Virus record (IMG/VR): IMGVR_UViG_3300037067_027616
Span: 320,001 to 384,000 of that record
Direction: 5' to 3' (one strand)
Source: a virus
Taxonomy: Duplodnaviria > Caudoviricetes
DNA: 64,000 bases
The translations under genes and the position numbers were made by a program. Below, in pieces: positions 29,554 to 39,453 of this stretch (positions are counted from its first letter, which is position 1; every line of letters starts with the position of its first letter). The notes beneath the pieces are model-generated. The model was not told the DNA's origin. It worked only from the letters and a program-made list of their open reading frames with translations, and searched no databases.

Positions 29554-32500
29554 ATGTCAAAGAATCTAGGCCCAGGCGTTTCCATGACGTATGAAGGAAC
29601 CGGGTACGCGTTCGACAAAGTGGTTTTCCAACAGGGCAAACCCCCTCTCGATGCGGAACTCAATCTCGCTCAAGAACTCCAAGAGATATTGAGTCAGCGT
29701 TCCACAGCGCACTTACCATCTGGTTGGTTGAGCTTCAGGCCGTATTATTGCTCCGGTGACATCAACAACGGATTTTATACGCAAGATCCTTCCGGAGCCA
29801 AACCCGAGATGGCTTTGGTAAATGGCTGGCCAATATACGTAACGAATACGAATACACCCCTCAAGCACGTCAACAAGATAGACTTGAGTGATACCGTTTT
29901 GCGATCTGGTTCGCGTACGGATGGTGTATTCCTCGAAGTATGGCGCGCACTTTTGTACCCCTATGATGGTGATGATACTTTGGCGAAGCCCCAGCCTGTT
30001 GTCAAAGTGGCTGACATACACTCGGTACATATGTATGACGAGAACACTGGTTGGGCGGTCGGCGAGAATGGTGTCATACTAAAAACCGTTGACGGCGGCG
30101 TGAATTGGGTGTCTGTGAACCCCCCTGTAAACGCGTTGTTTAACAAGGTGCGCTTCTTGGACAGTGCCATCGGATATGTGGTCGGTGACGGAGGAGAGAT
30201 ACTCAAGAGTAACGATGGTGGGGACTCGTGGTTGCGCCTGTCCAGTGGCACGACCGAGAATTTGAATGACATTTTTGTTTTGAGTTCCACGAATATTTGC
30301 GCAGTCGGTGACAACGGAACAATTCTCTTGTCGATCGATGGCACGAATTTCTCCATCATTTCCCAAACGTCCGGCGTGACGGCCAATTTTAACGGCGTGA
30401 CATTTTTTGATACACATGTCGGTTGGGCAGTCGGTGACACGGGCACTTTGGTTGTCACAAAAGATGGGGGCCTTACGTGGGAAGATCAAGTTGTCACAGA
30501 TTCCCGCACAAGTCAACGGGTTACTTCCAATTTGAATTCGGTTGCCTTTTACAATCTGAACGATGGCCTTGTGGTTGGTGATGCCGGCGTCATATTGCGT
30601 ACATCGGACAGTGGTTACACGTGGTCATCGATGACGGACAGGATATGGGACGGGAGCGCGTACAAGTCCTTGGAGGATTTGTATCCTACGAGGTCGACGG
30701 ATTTATCAAGGGTTGTTGTGCAACGTGACTTTCCGATGAGGTTTACAATAGCTGTCTACCCTGATAGCAAAAACTACTTCACCAATATTGTCTACAAGGT
30801 GTCACCGACCAACTATCCAAACTCGTTGGTGTTGGAGTTCTCGGGTACGCAAGATCACGTCAACTACCTTCATGTTCTTGATTTGGATCTTTATACGACG
30901 GCAGAGGGTTTGAAAGACGCGATAAACGACATCTTGAATCCGTATCTTGCTTCCGATGCGGCCCTGCCAGACGCATTAAGGGCAAAAGTCAGAGTGTTTG
31001 AGGCATCCGTGTCCTATGAGCCGTTTAGTGCCCCTTCTGACTTCAGACCGACCAGTGGCAGTATCACAAGTCTTGTCCCTGCCCAGATAAGTTTCTCGGT
31101 TGAGGACCGAGCCTGGATTGTAGGTGCCTATGGTACGGTTTTGGAAACTCGTAACAGCGGGTCGAAGTGGGAAATCGTTGATATCGGTTCCGGTATCGAC
31201 TTGTATGATGCATCGTTTGTATCCAGTTCACTTGGATGGATCATCGGTGGGGATGGCCTTATCTACAAATACGACCCTGTCGGAGGTTCCGAAGAGCAGG
31301 ATAGTGACCTCGAATCGCGTACAAAGGGTAGGATATACCCGGAGGGTAATGTCCTGTCACAAGCCGATGACTATCTGCAGGACGACATGATCAGTCCTCA
31401 GGTTGGGGTGGAAACTACAAAGCGTGTCCAGATACAATACCGTATACGGGTTGTGGAGGGGGTCGACCCCTTCTCATATCCTGAGTCGGGACTTGGCATG
31501 CCCTATGTGAAGAGCCTTGGTCCAAACACGGACGAGGGGACGGCAGGGGGCTATTCGTTCGAGAACACAGGGGACGAAACCGGCGATTATGGACAGTGGC
31601 GGGCGAAGTGCCGTAACACTGTAGATGGATATTCGTGGGCTGTGCCTATGTTCCTAGTAACCCGTCGTAACTCGGCACCGTTCAATGTTGACACGAACAT
31701 CAATGGATCCACATACTACGAATACAACGCGATACGCCCTGATGGTTACACCTATGAGGATGTCGTTGAGGAGGATGTCATTGATGTTCGCAGGATGGTG
31801 GTTAACAATTCCTACAGCTATCTGCTAGAGAAGAACCTCGACAAATTGCTGGCAAACCGTCTCCGGACTAACATCACGGACAAAGATCAACAGGGTTTGC
31901 AGTATGGTACGTCTATATTGGCAGCTGACTCGTATGCGGGGATCAATGCAATAACAAATCTCGTGTCGGGAATCGTGACTTCATCCGCAGTGCTTCGTTC
32001 CCAGGTAAAGACATTTGACCCGAACATCACCATAACTTCTTCCGAGTTGACTTTTGGGCCGTTGGACAAAGCCTTGTTCCACAATGACCCGGCTTTCTAT
32101 AAAGCCATAGTTATGAGGGACGGCACGCCTACAGAGGAGCCTGTGCAGGGCACTTGGGAAGGTCGCGGGACTAACACAGCAAAGTTCACCATCGCCGACA
32201 ATTTCGTTCCACAGGGTGGGGACTTGACTGGGATAGAGTACCAAATTACTGCAGGCTATATTGATTACGCGGGTGAGGGTCTGTCGAGAGTACCCAACGA
32301 ACCGGTTTCTGTTAAATACCGCGCGGCGGATACTGATAGCAATCAAACCTATTGGTTTAATGCAACCAAGGCTTTTGAATCCAACCGCGTCCTTGAAACA
32401 TTATCGGCCTCGGTGGAGGGGTACCCAGATTATGTGTTGGCTTATTCTGCGCGGGAGGTTCAGGCTAACACGGAGGACGAGGCCCTTTACGAGCTTGCGG

Positions 32501-33969
32501 GGAATACCGAAAGCACCGATTCCGATTGGAAGCGTAGTTTCTTGAAGTACTCCGGTCAACAATTCCGTGGAAGCCTTGTAGAGTACCACTACTTTTTCAA
32601 GAATACTGCATCCACGAATATCGTGCGTGTGCCAAAGAATCTTAACGGGTATGCTCTTTTTGCGGTGCGTAGCATATTGAATGTGGCCAACGGCACTGAA
32701 TATAAGATATCCACACAATATGCTGCGGATTTGAGCATGCGTGACAGGGAAATTATTGACACTGTCTTGCATACGGAAAATCTTGTCATCCATACCGATG
32801 AGGCTTTTGTTATTCCGGCCGATGCCGTGGTGGAGGTCGTTTGTGATGTGGTCGTGCAAGCATCGGATTTAGGTGGCACAGCCTATGATGTTGGCATCAC
32901 GGTAGCTAACCGCGGCGAAGTTCAAGACGCCTTGAGGACGTCCCTTACCAGCAACTACCATGTTGCTTCCAAGGGTGTGGGAGGGTTGTACGTGGGGATA
33001 TTGTACCCACTCACTTTTGATACCTTGACTAATCAATTCCCGATTGATTTAGGTACTTCGACGGTGCCGGGCATGCAAAACGGCATCATCATGGGATTGT
33101 CATCGATGAGTACGAAAACATCGCCACGGCAGATGTATGCTTGGTACAAGTCGAACGAACCTGGTAAGGATTATTACACGGCTCTTCCGATAGCATCGGT
33201 TGACGGGTTCGGAACGGAGGCAATCACTGCGATGTTGGCTCCGGACAAGTCCATCAATGCTGGTACGGTGCTTGTTCCACTTCTTGTCAAGCTCAGCACT
33301 TTGCCAAGTTTGTCGGAGACATCTCAAGCATATGCCTTCTACAAGTTCAGGCCCGTGCAGACGGTGAGCAACCTTCCCGATGATTTGACGCTCGAGGTTC
33401 TCAAGGGGTCGGATTTTGTGTACGTTACCAACATGGGCACAGGAGCCAGTAATTTCGTCAAAGGAGTTCCCTACATTATACCGGCAGAACAGATTGCTGT
33501 TAACGATGACACGGTGTTTAACGACAACATGTTTTCCAATGTTGACGATATGGACTTTGCAACATTCAGTGTCGACACAGGTTTCGTTAAGTTGCCGGCC
33601 ATAATTTCCAACTACGTCGGGGAAGACATAACTTTATCGAATCCGAACAACGTCGGGGATAGGCAGGGGAGGTCGTTTTACACCGAATGTGACATTGAAG
33701 TCTATGTACAATGCGAAAGCATGGCCATCAGTACTCCGCGAAAAGTTTTCATTCCCATGATCGCCCGTGTGCGATCGGCAGTCACAAGCCCTGTAATGCG
33801 CGGCGAACTTGTTCTGTTGGTTTGGTCAAAAGTATACAAAGCTCGGATAGACAACACTACGGGTTGGTTCCAGGATGATGGGCAGGAGTACGCTCCTGGG
33901 TACACCGAGGAGGCTAATACGGCGGTGTGCGTGTACCGTCTCACCAACAAGCCGCTCATGAGGAAATAG
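29554..33969 (+). CDS. DUF6519-like tail-fibre base protein with inserted YCF48/BNR beta-propeller
   Basis: N-terminal VVFQQGKPPLDAELNLAQE, then repeats of the type GWAVGENGVILKTVDGGVNW (about 30001-31280). Paralogue of the ORF at 62484. Confidence 0.7.
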   Translation: MSKNLGPGVSMTYEGTGYAFDKVVFQQGKPPLDAELNLAQELQEILSQRSTAHLPSGWLSFRPYYCSGDINNGFYTQDPSGAKPEMALVNGWPIYVTNTNTPLKHVNKIDLSDTVLRSGSRTDGVFLEVWRALLYPYDGDDTLAKPQPVVKVADIHSVHMYDENTGWAVGENGVILKTVDGGVNWVSVNPPVNALFNKVRFLDSAIGYVVGDGGEILKSNDGGDSWLRLSSGTTENLNDIFVLSSTNICAVGDNGTILLSIDGTNFSIISQTSGVTANFNGVTFFDTHVGWAVGDTGTLVVTKDGGLTWEDQVVTDSRTSQRVTSNLNSVAFYNLNDGLVVGDAGVILRTSDSGYTWSSMTDRIWDGSAYKSLEDLYPTRSTDLSRVVVQRDFPMRFTIAVYPDSKNYFTNIVYKVSPTNYPNSLVLEFSGTQDHVNYLHVLDLDLYTTAEGLKDAINDILNPYLASDAALPDALRAKVRVFEASVSYEPFSAPSDFRPTSGSITSLVPAQISFSVEDRAWIVGAYGTVLETRNSGSKWEIVDIGSGIDLYDASFVSSSLGWIIGGDGLIYKYDPVGGSEEQDSDLESRTKGRIYPEGNVLSQADDYLQDDMISPQVGVETTKRVQIQYRIRVVEGVDPFSYPESGLGMPYVKSLGPNTDEGTAGGYSFENTGDETGDYGQWRAKCRNTVDGYSWAVPMFLVTRRNSAPFNVDTNINGSTYYEYNAIRPDGYTYEDVVEEDVIDVRRMVVNNSYSYLLEKNLDKLLANRLRTNITDKDQQGLQYGTSILAADSYAGINAITNLVSGIVTSSAVLRSQVKTFDPNITITSSELTFGPLDKALFHNDPAFYKAIVMRDGTPTEEPVQGTWEGRGTNTAKFTIADNFVPQGGDLTGIEYQITAGYIDYAGEGLSRVPNEPVSVKYRAADTDSNQTYWFNATKAFESNRVLETLSASVEGYPDYVLAYSAREVQANTEDEALYELAGNTESTDSDWKRSFLKYSGQQFRGSLVEYHYFFKNTASTNIVRVPKNLNGYALFAVRSILNVANGTEYKISTQYAADLSMRDREIIDTVLHTENLVIHTDEAFVIPADAVVEVVCDVVVQASDLGGTAYDVGITVANRGEVQDALRTSLTSNYHVASKGVGGLYVGILYPLTFDTLTNQFPIDLGTSTVPGMQNGIIMGLSSMSTKTSPRQMYAWYKSNEPGKDYYTALPIASVDGFGTEAITAMLAPDKSINAGTVLVPLLVKLSTLPSLSETSQAYAFYKFRPVQTVSNLPDDLTLEVLKGSDFVYVTNMGTGASNFVKGVPYIIPAEQIAVNDDTVFNDNMFSNVDDMDFATFSVDTGFVKLPAIISNYVGEDITLSNPNNVGDRQGRSFYTECDIEVYVQCESMAISTPRKVFIPMIARVRSAVTSPVMRGELVLLVWSKVYKARIDNTTGWFQDDGQEYAPGYTEEANTAVCVYRLTNKPLMRK

Positions 33970-33973
33970 CCAT

Positions 33974-35041
33974 ATGATTCGCACGAATAACGTGCATGAG
34001 CGGCGAAATTATGACGGTACGGTTGACTACGTAGTCGACCTCGGCAACGTTCTTATCAACGACCGTGTCGTCACAATCGGGAACATCGTTGTCCCGCTCA
34101 ACAAGGAAACATTCTTCACCCTCCCTGCGGATAAGGACAAGTACGCCGTAGTAAACGCGTATTATGAAGTCGACACGGGTAAATTCTTTTTCGACCGCGT
34201 TCTCGTTTCTGACAAGTTCGTGTCATCGGTGAATTCAAGGGCCATCCCCAACTTGGTGCCTTTGGCGCAATTTGTCTTGAAACAGAGCATAGGCGGGTTC
34301 ACTGTGGTTTCCGTGAACGAGTACTCACGGATGTCCACCTACGCTTTAAGCACCGGAGGTGACACCGGAGAGCAAGGCCTGCAAGGCCTTCCAGGGCCTA
34401 CAGGGAGCTTTGGGTGGACGGGAATGGAAGGCCCCACGGGTGTGGACGGCCTAGTGGGTGAAACGGGCTATCAAGGCCCTACGGGCCTCGGGGCGCAAGG
34501 GGCACAGGGGGTACAGGGTCCTACGGGGGTTTACCCCGATTTAAGCTTGTTGATGTACCTTAAGTTCAAATCGGACTCGAGTGATCAGACTGATTATTCC
34601 GCATATCAAAGGGATTGCTCGTGGGCGGTCACAGGATTAGGGGTCACCGGGTCGTCTGAAATTTCATCTTTTACGGTGGAACCAGGTATAGTAGATAACT
34701 GTCATTCGGTCGTATATCAAGGTGATGGGTCGTCCTATGTGTATGATGGTTATGTTGATTTTTCTGGATACACCGGGGTGGCCCAAGCGTGGGTGAGGGT
34801 GGACGTGGTACCTGAAGTCGATTTCTCATACACCGGAGTGGCCGGAGTCACAGGTGTGTTGAGGTTCACGGAGCATTGCGGGTATTTCCCGGAATCTTGG
34901 GCGTGGAACATCGATGGCTCGCAGGTGTCCACTTCGAAGATATTCACCCATGTTGTGGCGACCGGCGAGCATTTGGTCAAGCTTTCATCCAGCAACGTCT
35001 GTGGCACCATGGACAAGACGAAGCTGGTGGTGATGCCGTAA
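33974..35041 (+). CDS. Collagen-repeat structural protein with N-half of a LamG-like domain and a PKD domain
   Basis: G-X-Y run (GDTGEQGLQGLPGPTG...), then LLMYLKF..D.S..AWVR, then PKD-like PEVDFSY..FTE..SWAWNIDG. Confidence 0.6.
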   Translation: MIRTNNVHERRNYDGTVDYVVDLGNVLINDRVVTIGNIVVPLNKETFFTLPADKDKYAVVNAYYEVDTGKFFFDRVLVSDKFVSSVNSRAIPNLVPLAQFVLKQSIGGFTVVSVNEYSRMSTYALSTGGDTGEQGLQGLPGPTGSFGWTGMEGPTGVDGLVGETGYQGPTGLGAQGAQGVQGPTGVYPDLSLLMYLKFKSDSSDQTDYSAYQRDCSWAVTGLGVTGSSEISSFTVEPGIVDNCHSVVYQGDGSSYVYDGYVDFSGYTGVAQAWVRVDVVPEVDFSYTGVAGVTGVLRFTEHCGYFPESWAWNIDGSQVSTSKIFTHVVATGEHLVKLSSSNVCGTMDKTKLVVMP

Positions 35042-35050
35042 GGACACAAA

Positions 35051-35698
35051 ATGGCTACTGCTGATTTCACAGCTACGGACAGGGTCGGTGACGGCTCGGC
35101 AACCGTCACGTTCACGGACGCCTCCACGGGGACGATAGTGTCCAGGAAGTGGATCCTTGGTGATGGCACGGTTATCGATGGTAATCTGACGAGTGTGGTA
35201 CACACATATAGTCCCGGAACATACGATGTCATTCTCGTTGTTGAGGATTTATATGGTCAAGACTCAAAGACGAGGACGGGTTATGTAGTCGTCAACCAGA
35301 TTCATCCGAGGCCTTCGTTTGTTATAGCGGAGAGTTTTGGAAGCTTTGATGATGAGTATTGGAGATTCTACCTCGACTCGGAGTTGCACCTTGTCTATGA
35401 AGACAAAGATTATGTATACCGTTCGGTGGATCCTGTGACCACGATCAAAAAATGGACTTTTGTAGAATTTCATGCGGGCTTGTTTGAGATGTACGCCGGC
35501 ACGTATTCACAAACACGGCACAAAGTCGATGTGGCCAAAAGCGTCAATGCCTCGCCCCCGGTAATAACCGACAACGTGTTCTACATAGCCCCGAACAGCA
35601 CGATCAAGATAGACGAGTTCAAGATATGGCTCGGCGAGAAGAACTTGAAGTCGTATTATTACCAGACAAGACCGATGGCCGGGTCTTTAGACGCATAG
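35051..35698 (+). CDS. PKD-domain protein with C-half of a LamG-like domain
   Basis: ADFTAT..VTFTDASTG..WILGDG..HTYSPGTYDV (PKD), then WRFYLD..KWTFV..IDEFKIW (LamG-like). Confidence 0.6.
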   Translation: MATADFTATDRVGDGSATVTFTDASTGTIVSRKWILGDGTVIDGNLTSVVHTYSPGTYDVILVVEDLYGQDSKTRTGYVVVNQIHPRPSFVIAESFGSFDDEYWRFYLDSELHLVYEDKDYVYRSVDPVTTIKKWTFVEFHAGLFEMYAGTYSQTRHKVDVAKSVNASPPVITDNVFYIAPNSTIKIDEFKIWLGEKNLKSYYYQTRPMAGSLDA

Positions 35699-35719
35699 TT
35701 AGTTTATAGGGAGTAGATC

Positions 35720-37402
35720 ATGGGACTTAGTTTAATAACCTTTGTAGCGCCCCCAGCTGGTGATTACCCTATAAAGGTAATGACCACCGCCAACTATATT
35801 TATGTTTTGTGTGAGAGCCAAAATATATACGCGTATACTTTTGATGGTGCTAATTATACTCAACGGGGTGTTTTAACGGGTGCTACATATGGGGATTTGT
35901 ATGTAAAAAGTGACTCCGAAATAGCCGTAACTACAACGGGTACTAGATATTTGAGGACATACTCTTTTGACGGAACTTCTTTTAACCTAGTAGCATCAAG
36001 TGTTGCAGACGCAGCGAGATCCAAGTGCTCATACAGCCCAAGCGGTGCTCATGATATAACCACTACGGCTGCTCCTACTAGATTTTTTAGAACATGGGAT
36101 GCTGCTTTAGCTGTGAGGACAACAGCGCCGTTGGTAGGTTATCCCCAATATGTAGGCTCATTTTCTGTAGATTCTGCCCAAGACAATGACTTTTCTTTTG
36201 TTTCAACAAATAGTGGTTTGGATGCCCTTGTATCTTCCACCCCTTCATACATTATATCGTATGTTCCTTCCGGAGCGGGAACTTTTAACGGATCTCACGA
36301 TGTTCGGTATTATGGATCCGGTTTGTTGGGATATGCTTGGAGAAATTCTATAGGCAGTACTTTCTATGATCTTCTGAGCTTTAATGGATCAGTTTTTACT
36401 TTTTTAAGCCGTATACAATTAGTAGCCCCCTACCCTACCGGTTATATATTGAGTAGTTGGTATGATGGTACTAATTTTTATTTGGTAGCAGACCCTGATT
36501 ATGGGACATATGATGGAGGTCTGTTTGCTTTTACATATAGTGGAGGTGTGGGTGGTACTTGGACTTTAGTAGACCATAGCGCGGATGTTCCCGTTGGTGG
36601 GTATTCTTGGGATGGTAGCGTAGCTACTCAAAACGGATATATACATGTAGCAGATTATAGTTGTCTTAAGGCATATGAACTTTCGTCTCCTCCGCCTGTT
36701 GCTGATTTTTCAGGCACCCCTACAAGTAGTATCATCCCGGTGCCTGTTCAATTTACCGACCTCTCCACCAACAGCCCGACTTCGTGGTTGTGGACGTTTG
36801 GGGACGGAGTTACAGGTGCGGATCAAAATCCTCTACATGACTATACCTTAGCAGGATTGTATACGGTTTCATTGGAAGCCACGAATCTTGGTGGGAGCGA
36901 CACAGAAACAAAAGCCGGATACATCGATGCTAGAAGTCACGAACTTACAATAAATGCTGACGTGCTTGTGGGCATTGTTCCATTTACCGTGAATTTCACA
37001 GTAACTGTGCTGTCTGGAAGTTGGCTGTCATTTACTTGGAATTTTGGGGACGGCCAATCAGCAGTAGGCAGTCAAGTTTCACACACGTACACAACAGTGG
37101 GTTATCACACTGTAGCCCTTGTTGGAGTAAAATACAACGCAGAAATAGAAACAGTCATCGAGCGCGCGTGGATACGCGTGGGGAAGCTGTCTTTTGAAGT
37201 GTCTCAAACGTCATTAGACGATATACCCCAGTCGGTGTCATTCAGCAATACATGTTCAGCCCCGACCGGTTACGAGTTCCACGATTGGCAGTGGGATTTC
37301 GGGGACGCGTCTTTGGGGTCAGGACTCACGGGGCCATCACACATATACGGGGAGTATGGAAACTACAATGTGCGTCTTGATGCAAAGATGAAAAAGTTGT
37401 GA
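35720..37402 (+). CDS. Putative adhesin/fibre protein: beta-propeller-like head plus three PKD domains
   Basis: AT-rich N-terminal repeats (YTFDG, YSFDG, LSFNG, FTYSG), then PVADFSGTP..FTDLSTNSPTSWLWTFGDG and two further WxFGD PKD repeats. Confidence 0.7.
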   Translation: MGLSLITFVAPPAGDYPIKVMTTANYIYVLCESQNIYAYTFDGANYTQRGVLTGATYGDLYVKSDSEIAVTTTGTRYLRTYSFDGTSFNLVASSVADAARSKCSYSPSGAHDITTTAAPTRFFRTWDAALAVRTTAPLVGYPQYVGSFSVDSAQDNDFSFVSTNSGLDALVSSTPSYIISYVPSGAGTFNGSHDVRYYGSGLLGYAWRNSIGSTFYDLLSFNGSVFTFLSRIQLVAPYPTGYILSSWYDGTNFYLVADPDYGTYDGGLFAFTYSGGVGGTWTLVDHSADVPVGGYSWDGSVATQNGYIHVADYSCLKAYELSSPPPVADFSGTPTSSIIPVPVQFTDLSTNSPTSWLWTFGDGVTGADQNPLHDYTLAGLYTVSLEATNLGGSDTETKAGYIDARSHELTINADVLVGIVPFTVNFTVTVLSGSWLSFTWNFGDGQSAVGSQVSHTYTTVGYHTVALVGVKYNAEIETVIERAWIRVGKLSFEVSQTSLDDIPQSVSFSNTCSAPTGYEFHDWQWDFGDASLGSGLTGPSHIYGEYGNYNVRLDAKMKKL

Positions 37403-37434
37403 CCCCAGATTTCACATAGAAATGGAAATACAAA

Positions 37435-38097
37435 ATGGCTACAGAAAATGGTTCATTCTACAATGACAAATTTAGCCGTGTTATGGGCTTTGCCAACAGT
37501 GTTATTTTAAGTTACCCCCTCATACCTAACAACATGGTAAGGATAGAACACGTACGTGTCGTTTTGGAAAATATAGGCCGCGTACTCATCGATAACGTGC
37601 CTGGGGACATCGTTGAATTTGGTTGCTTTGAAGGTACAACATCGTTGTTCATCAGACGTTTTTTGGACGCCTGTGGTTCCAACAGGCGTTTTCATGTTTA
37701 TGACGCTTTTCAAGGGTTGCCTGATAAAGGCGTTGAAGACGGCGACAGTCCTAATTTCTACAAGGGTTGCTGTCAAACGAACCGTTCGATGCTTGAGAAA
37801 AATTTCAATGATTCAGGTTTGGCTCTTCCCGAGGTGCATGAGGGGTGGTTCCGGGACATCCGTGAGGAAGACCTCCCTAAAGCAATCGCTTTTGCTTTCC
37901 TTGATGGTGATTTTTATACGTCCATTACGGATAGCCTAAACATAGTGTACTCGAGGATGGCGACAGGATCACGGGTCGTAATCCATGACTACAACAATCC
38001 CGAACTTCCCGGGGTCACGAAAGCTTGCACGGATTTCCTGGCAGGAAGAAAAGAAACGGCTACAGATGTCGGGTGTGGCCTTGTGGTCAAGCTTTGA
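37435..38097 (+). CDS. TylF/MycF-family (macrocin-type) sugar O-methyltransferase
   Basis: VPGDIVEFGCFEG, YDAFQGLP, HEGWF, AFLDGDFYTS and HDY motifs. Confidence 0.85.
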   Translation: MATENGSFYNDKFSRVMGFANSVILSYPLIPNNMVRIEHVRVVLENIGRVLIDNVPGDIVEFGCFEGTTSLFIRRFLDACGSNRRFHVYDAFQGLPDKGVEDGDSPNFYKGCCQTNRSMLEKNFNDSGLALPEVHEGWFRDIREEDLPKAIAFAFLDGDFYTSITDSLNIVYSRMATGSRVVIHDYNNPELPGVTKACTDFLAGRKETATDVGCGLVVKL

Positions 38098-38115
38098 AAA
38101 GGACATAGATAACCA

Positions 38116-39453
38116 ATGAAACGTAACCTTCTTTACTACGTCTATCCACGCCAATGTAGCATGTTGGCGCTGAATCTGTATATGTTGAGCAAGTATCGTG
38201 ATGTATTCAACGGTAGAAGAATTGTTTTTGCTGTTGAAGAGGAAGGTTTGGTTGACCAGACGCACCTAGGATGGATGTTTAACGATACCCACGATATCCG
38301 GCCTTATGAGTTGGTAATGGTTCCGGCCGACTTGGAGAACAAGGAAAGCGCGTGCCTTTCCAAGATGCTCGAAATGGTTCAATCCTCCGACCCCGATGAG
38401 GTTTCCTTCTTTGCACACGCCAAGGACACCTCTTTGGATGTCCTCGCCCAACATGATGTTGCCGAACTCTCTGATTGGGTGAGGGATATGTACCACAACA
38501 ACCTTTCGAATCCTTCGTTGGTAGACACGGTAATGGACCGGCACCCGTGTGCGGGGACCTTCAAGCACGTTGAGTCTCAGCCTTTGAGTGGTGGTTGGAA
38601 TTACACAGGGAATTTCTTTTGGGTAAACCACCAACGCTTATTCACCAAAAATTGGAAGGACAGTATCGGCGCCAATGTGAACGATTTTTTAAGTAGTAAA
38701 TTTTCAAGTGAAGAGGCCTACAATTTCGGTCGAGATTATTTGGGAAAACTGAATTCAAGCACAGTCGTCAAGAATTGGGATCCTTCGCGGGTTACCGTAG
38801 TGACAACATGCAAAAACCGATGGGGATTCCTTAAGAAGAGCCTTTTGACATGGTTAAACAAAGGCTTTAAGAAGATAATCATAGTAGACTGGGATAGCAA
38901 AGTTGAAGTCGCCAGCAAACTTGAAAAACTGTCGGAAGGTATCAATCCCATCACAGTCATCCGTGTAGAGAACGAAGACATCTTTAATGGGGGCCTGGCG
39001 AGGAACACCGGGGCCAGGTTTGTTACTAGCGAATATGCTCTTTTTATTGATTCGGATATGACCATTAAGGATTGGTCACAAGCCGGGTCTATTTCTATGG
39101 TACCTGGTAAATTCTACCACGGTCCCCACAACATACCTCCTTTTGGAACCGGCTTGGTTCGTATGGATGACTTTCAGCGTATCAACGGATATTCGGAGTT
39201 GTATCCGTCCTATGGTTGGGAGGACAACGACCTGTACAACCGCCTTGAGGAATCCGGCCTGCAAAGATGTTTTTTCGATGAGCGTATGGTCGAACATATC
39301 GAACACAATGATGAACTCCGTACGCGTCACCGCGACCAAAGAGGAAGAAAGCTTCATGAAACCATATGGGAAAACAGGGACAAAATCGAGAAATGGACAT
39401 CTAGTCACAGGCGGGAAGAAAAGATGTTCACAAAGCATGAGTTCTTTTTATGA
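38116..39453 (+). CDS. Two-domain glycosyltransferase (GT-like N-domain plus GT2/GT7C-like C-domain)
   Basis: C-domain: IIIVDW, FNGGLARNTG, FIDSD (DxD), FQRINGYSE, YGWEDNDLYNRL. N-domain: FFAHAK and YTGNFFW motifs. Confidence 0.8.
   Translation: MKRNLLYYVYPRQCSMLALNLYMLSKYRDVFNGRRIVFAVEEEGLVDQTHLGWMFNDTHDIRPYELVMVPADLENKESACLSKMLEMVQSSDPDEVSFFAHAKDTSLDVLAQHDVAELSDWVRDMYHNNLSNPSLVDTVMDRHPCAGTFKHVESQPLSGGWNYTGNFFWVNHQRLFTKNWKDSIGANVNDFLSSKFSSEEAYNFGRDYLGKLNSSTVVKNWDPSRVTVVTTCKNRWGFLKKSLLTWLNKGFKKIIIVDWDSKVEVASKLEKLSEGINPITVIRVENEDIFNGGLARNTGARFVTSEYALFIDSDMTIKDWSQAGSISMVPGKFYHGPHNIPPFGTGLVRMDDFQRINGYSELYPSYGWEDNDLYNRLEESGLQRCFFDERMVEHIEHNDELRTRHRDQRGRKLHETIWENRDKIEKWTSSHRREEKMFTKHEFFL

Noticed and set aside
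29990-31280. Photosystem II assembly factor Ycf48 as an auxiliary metabolic gene
   Set aside because: The repeats are a generic BNR propeller inserted inside a tail protein, with no photosynthesis context.
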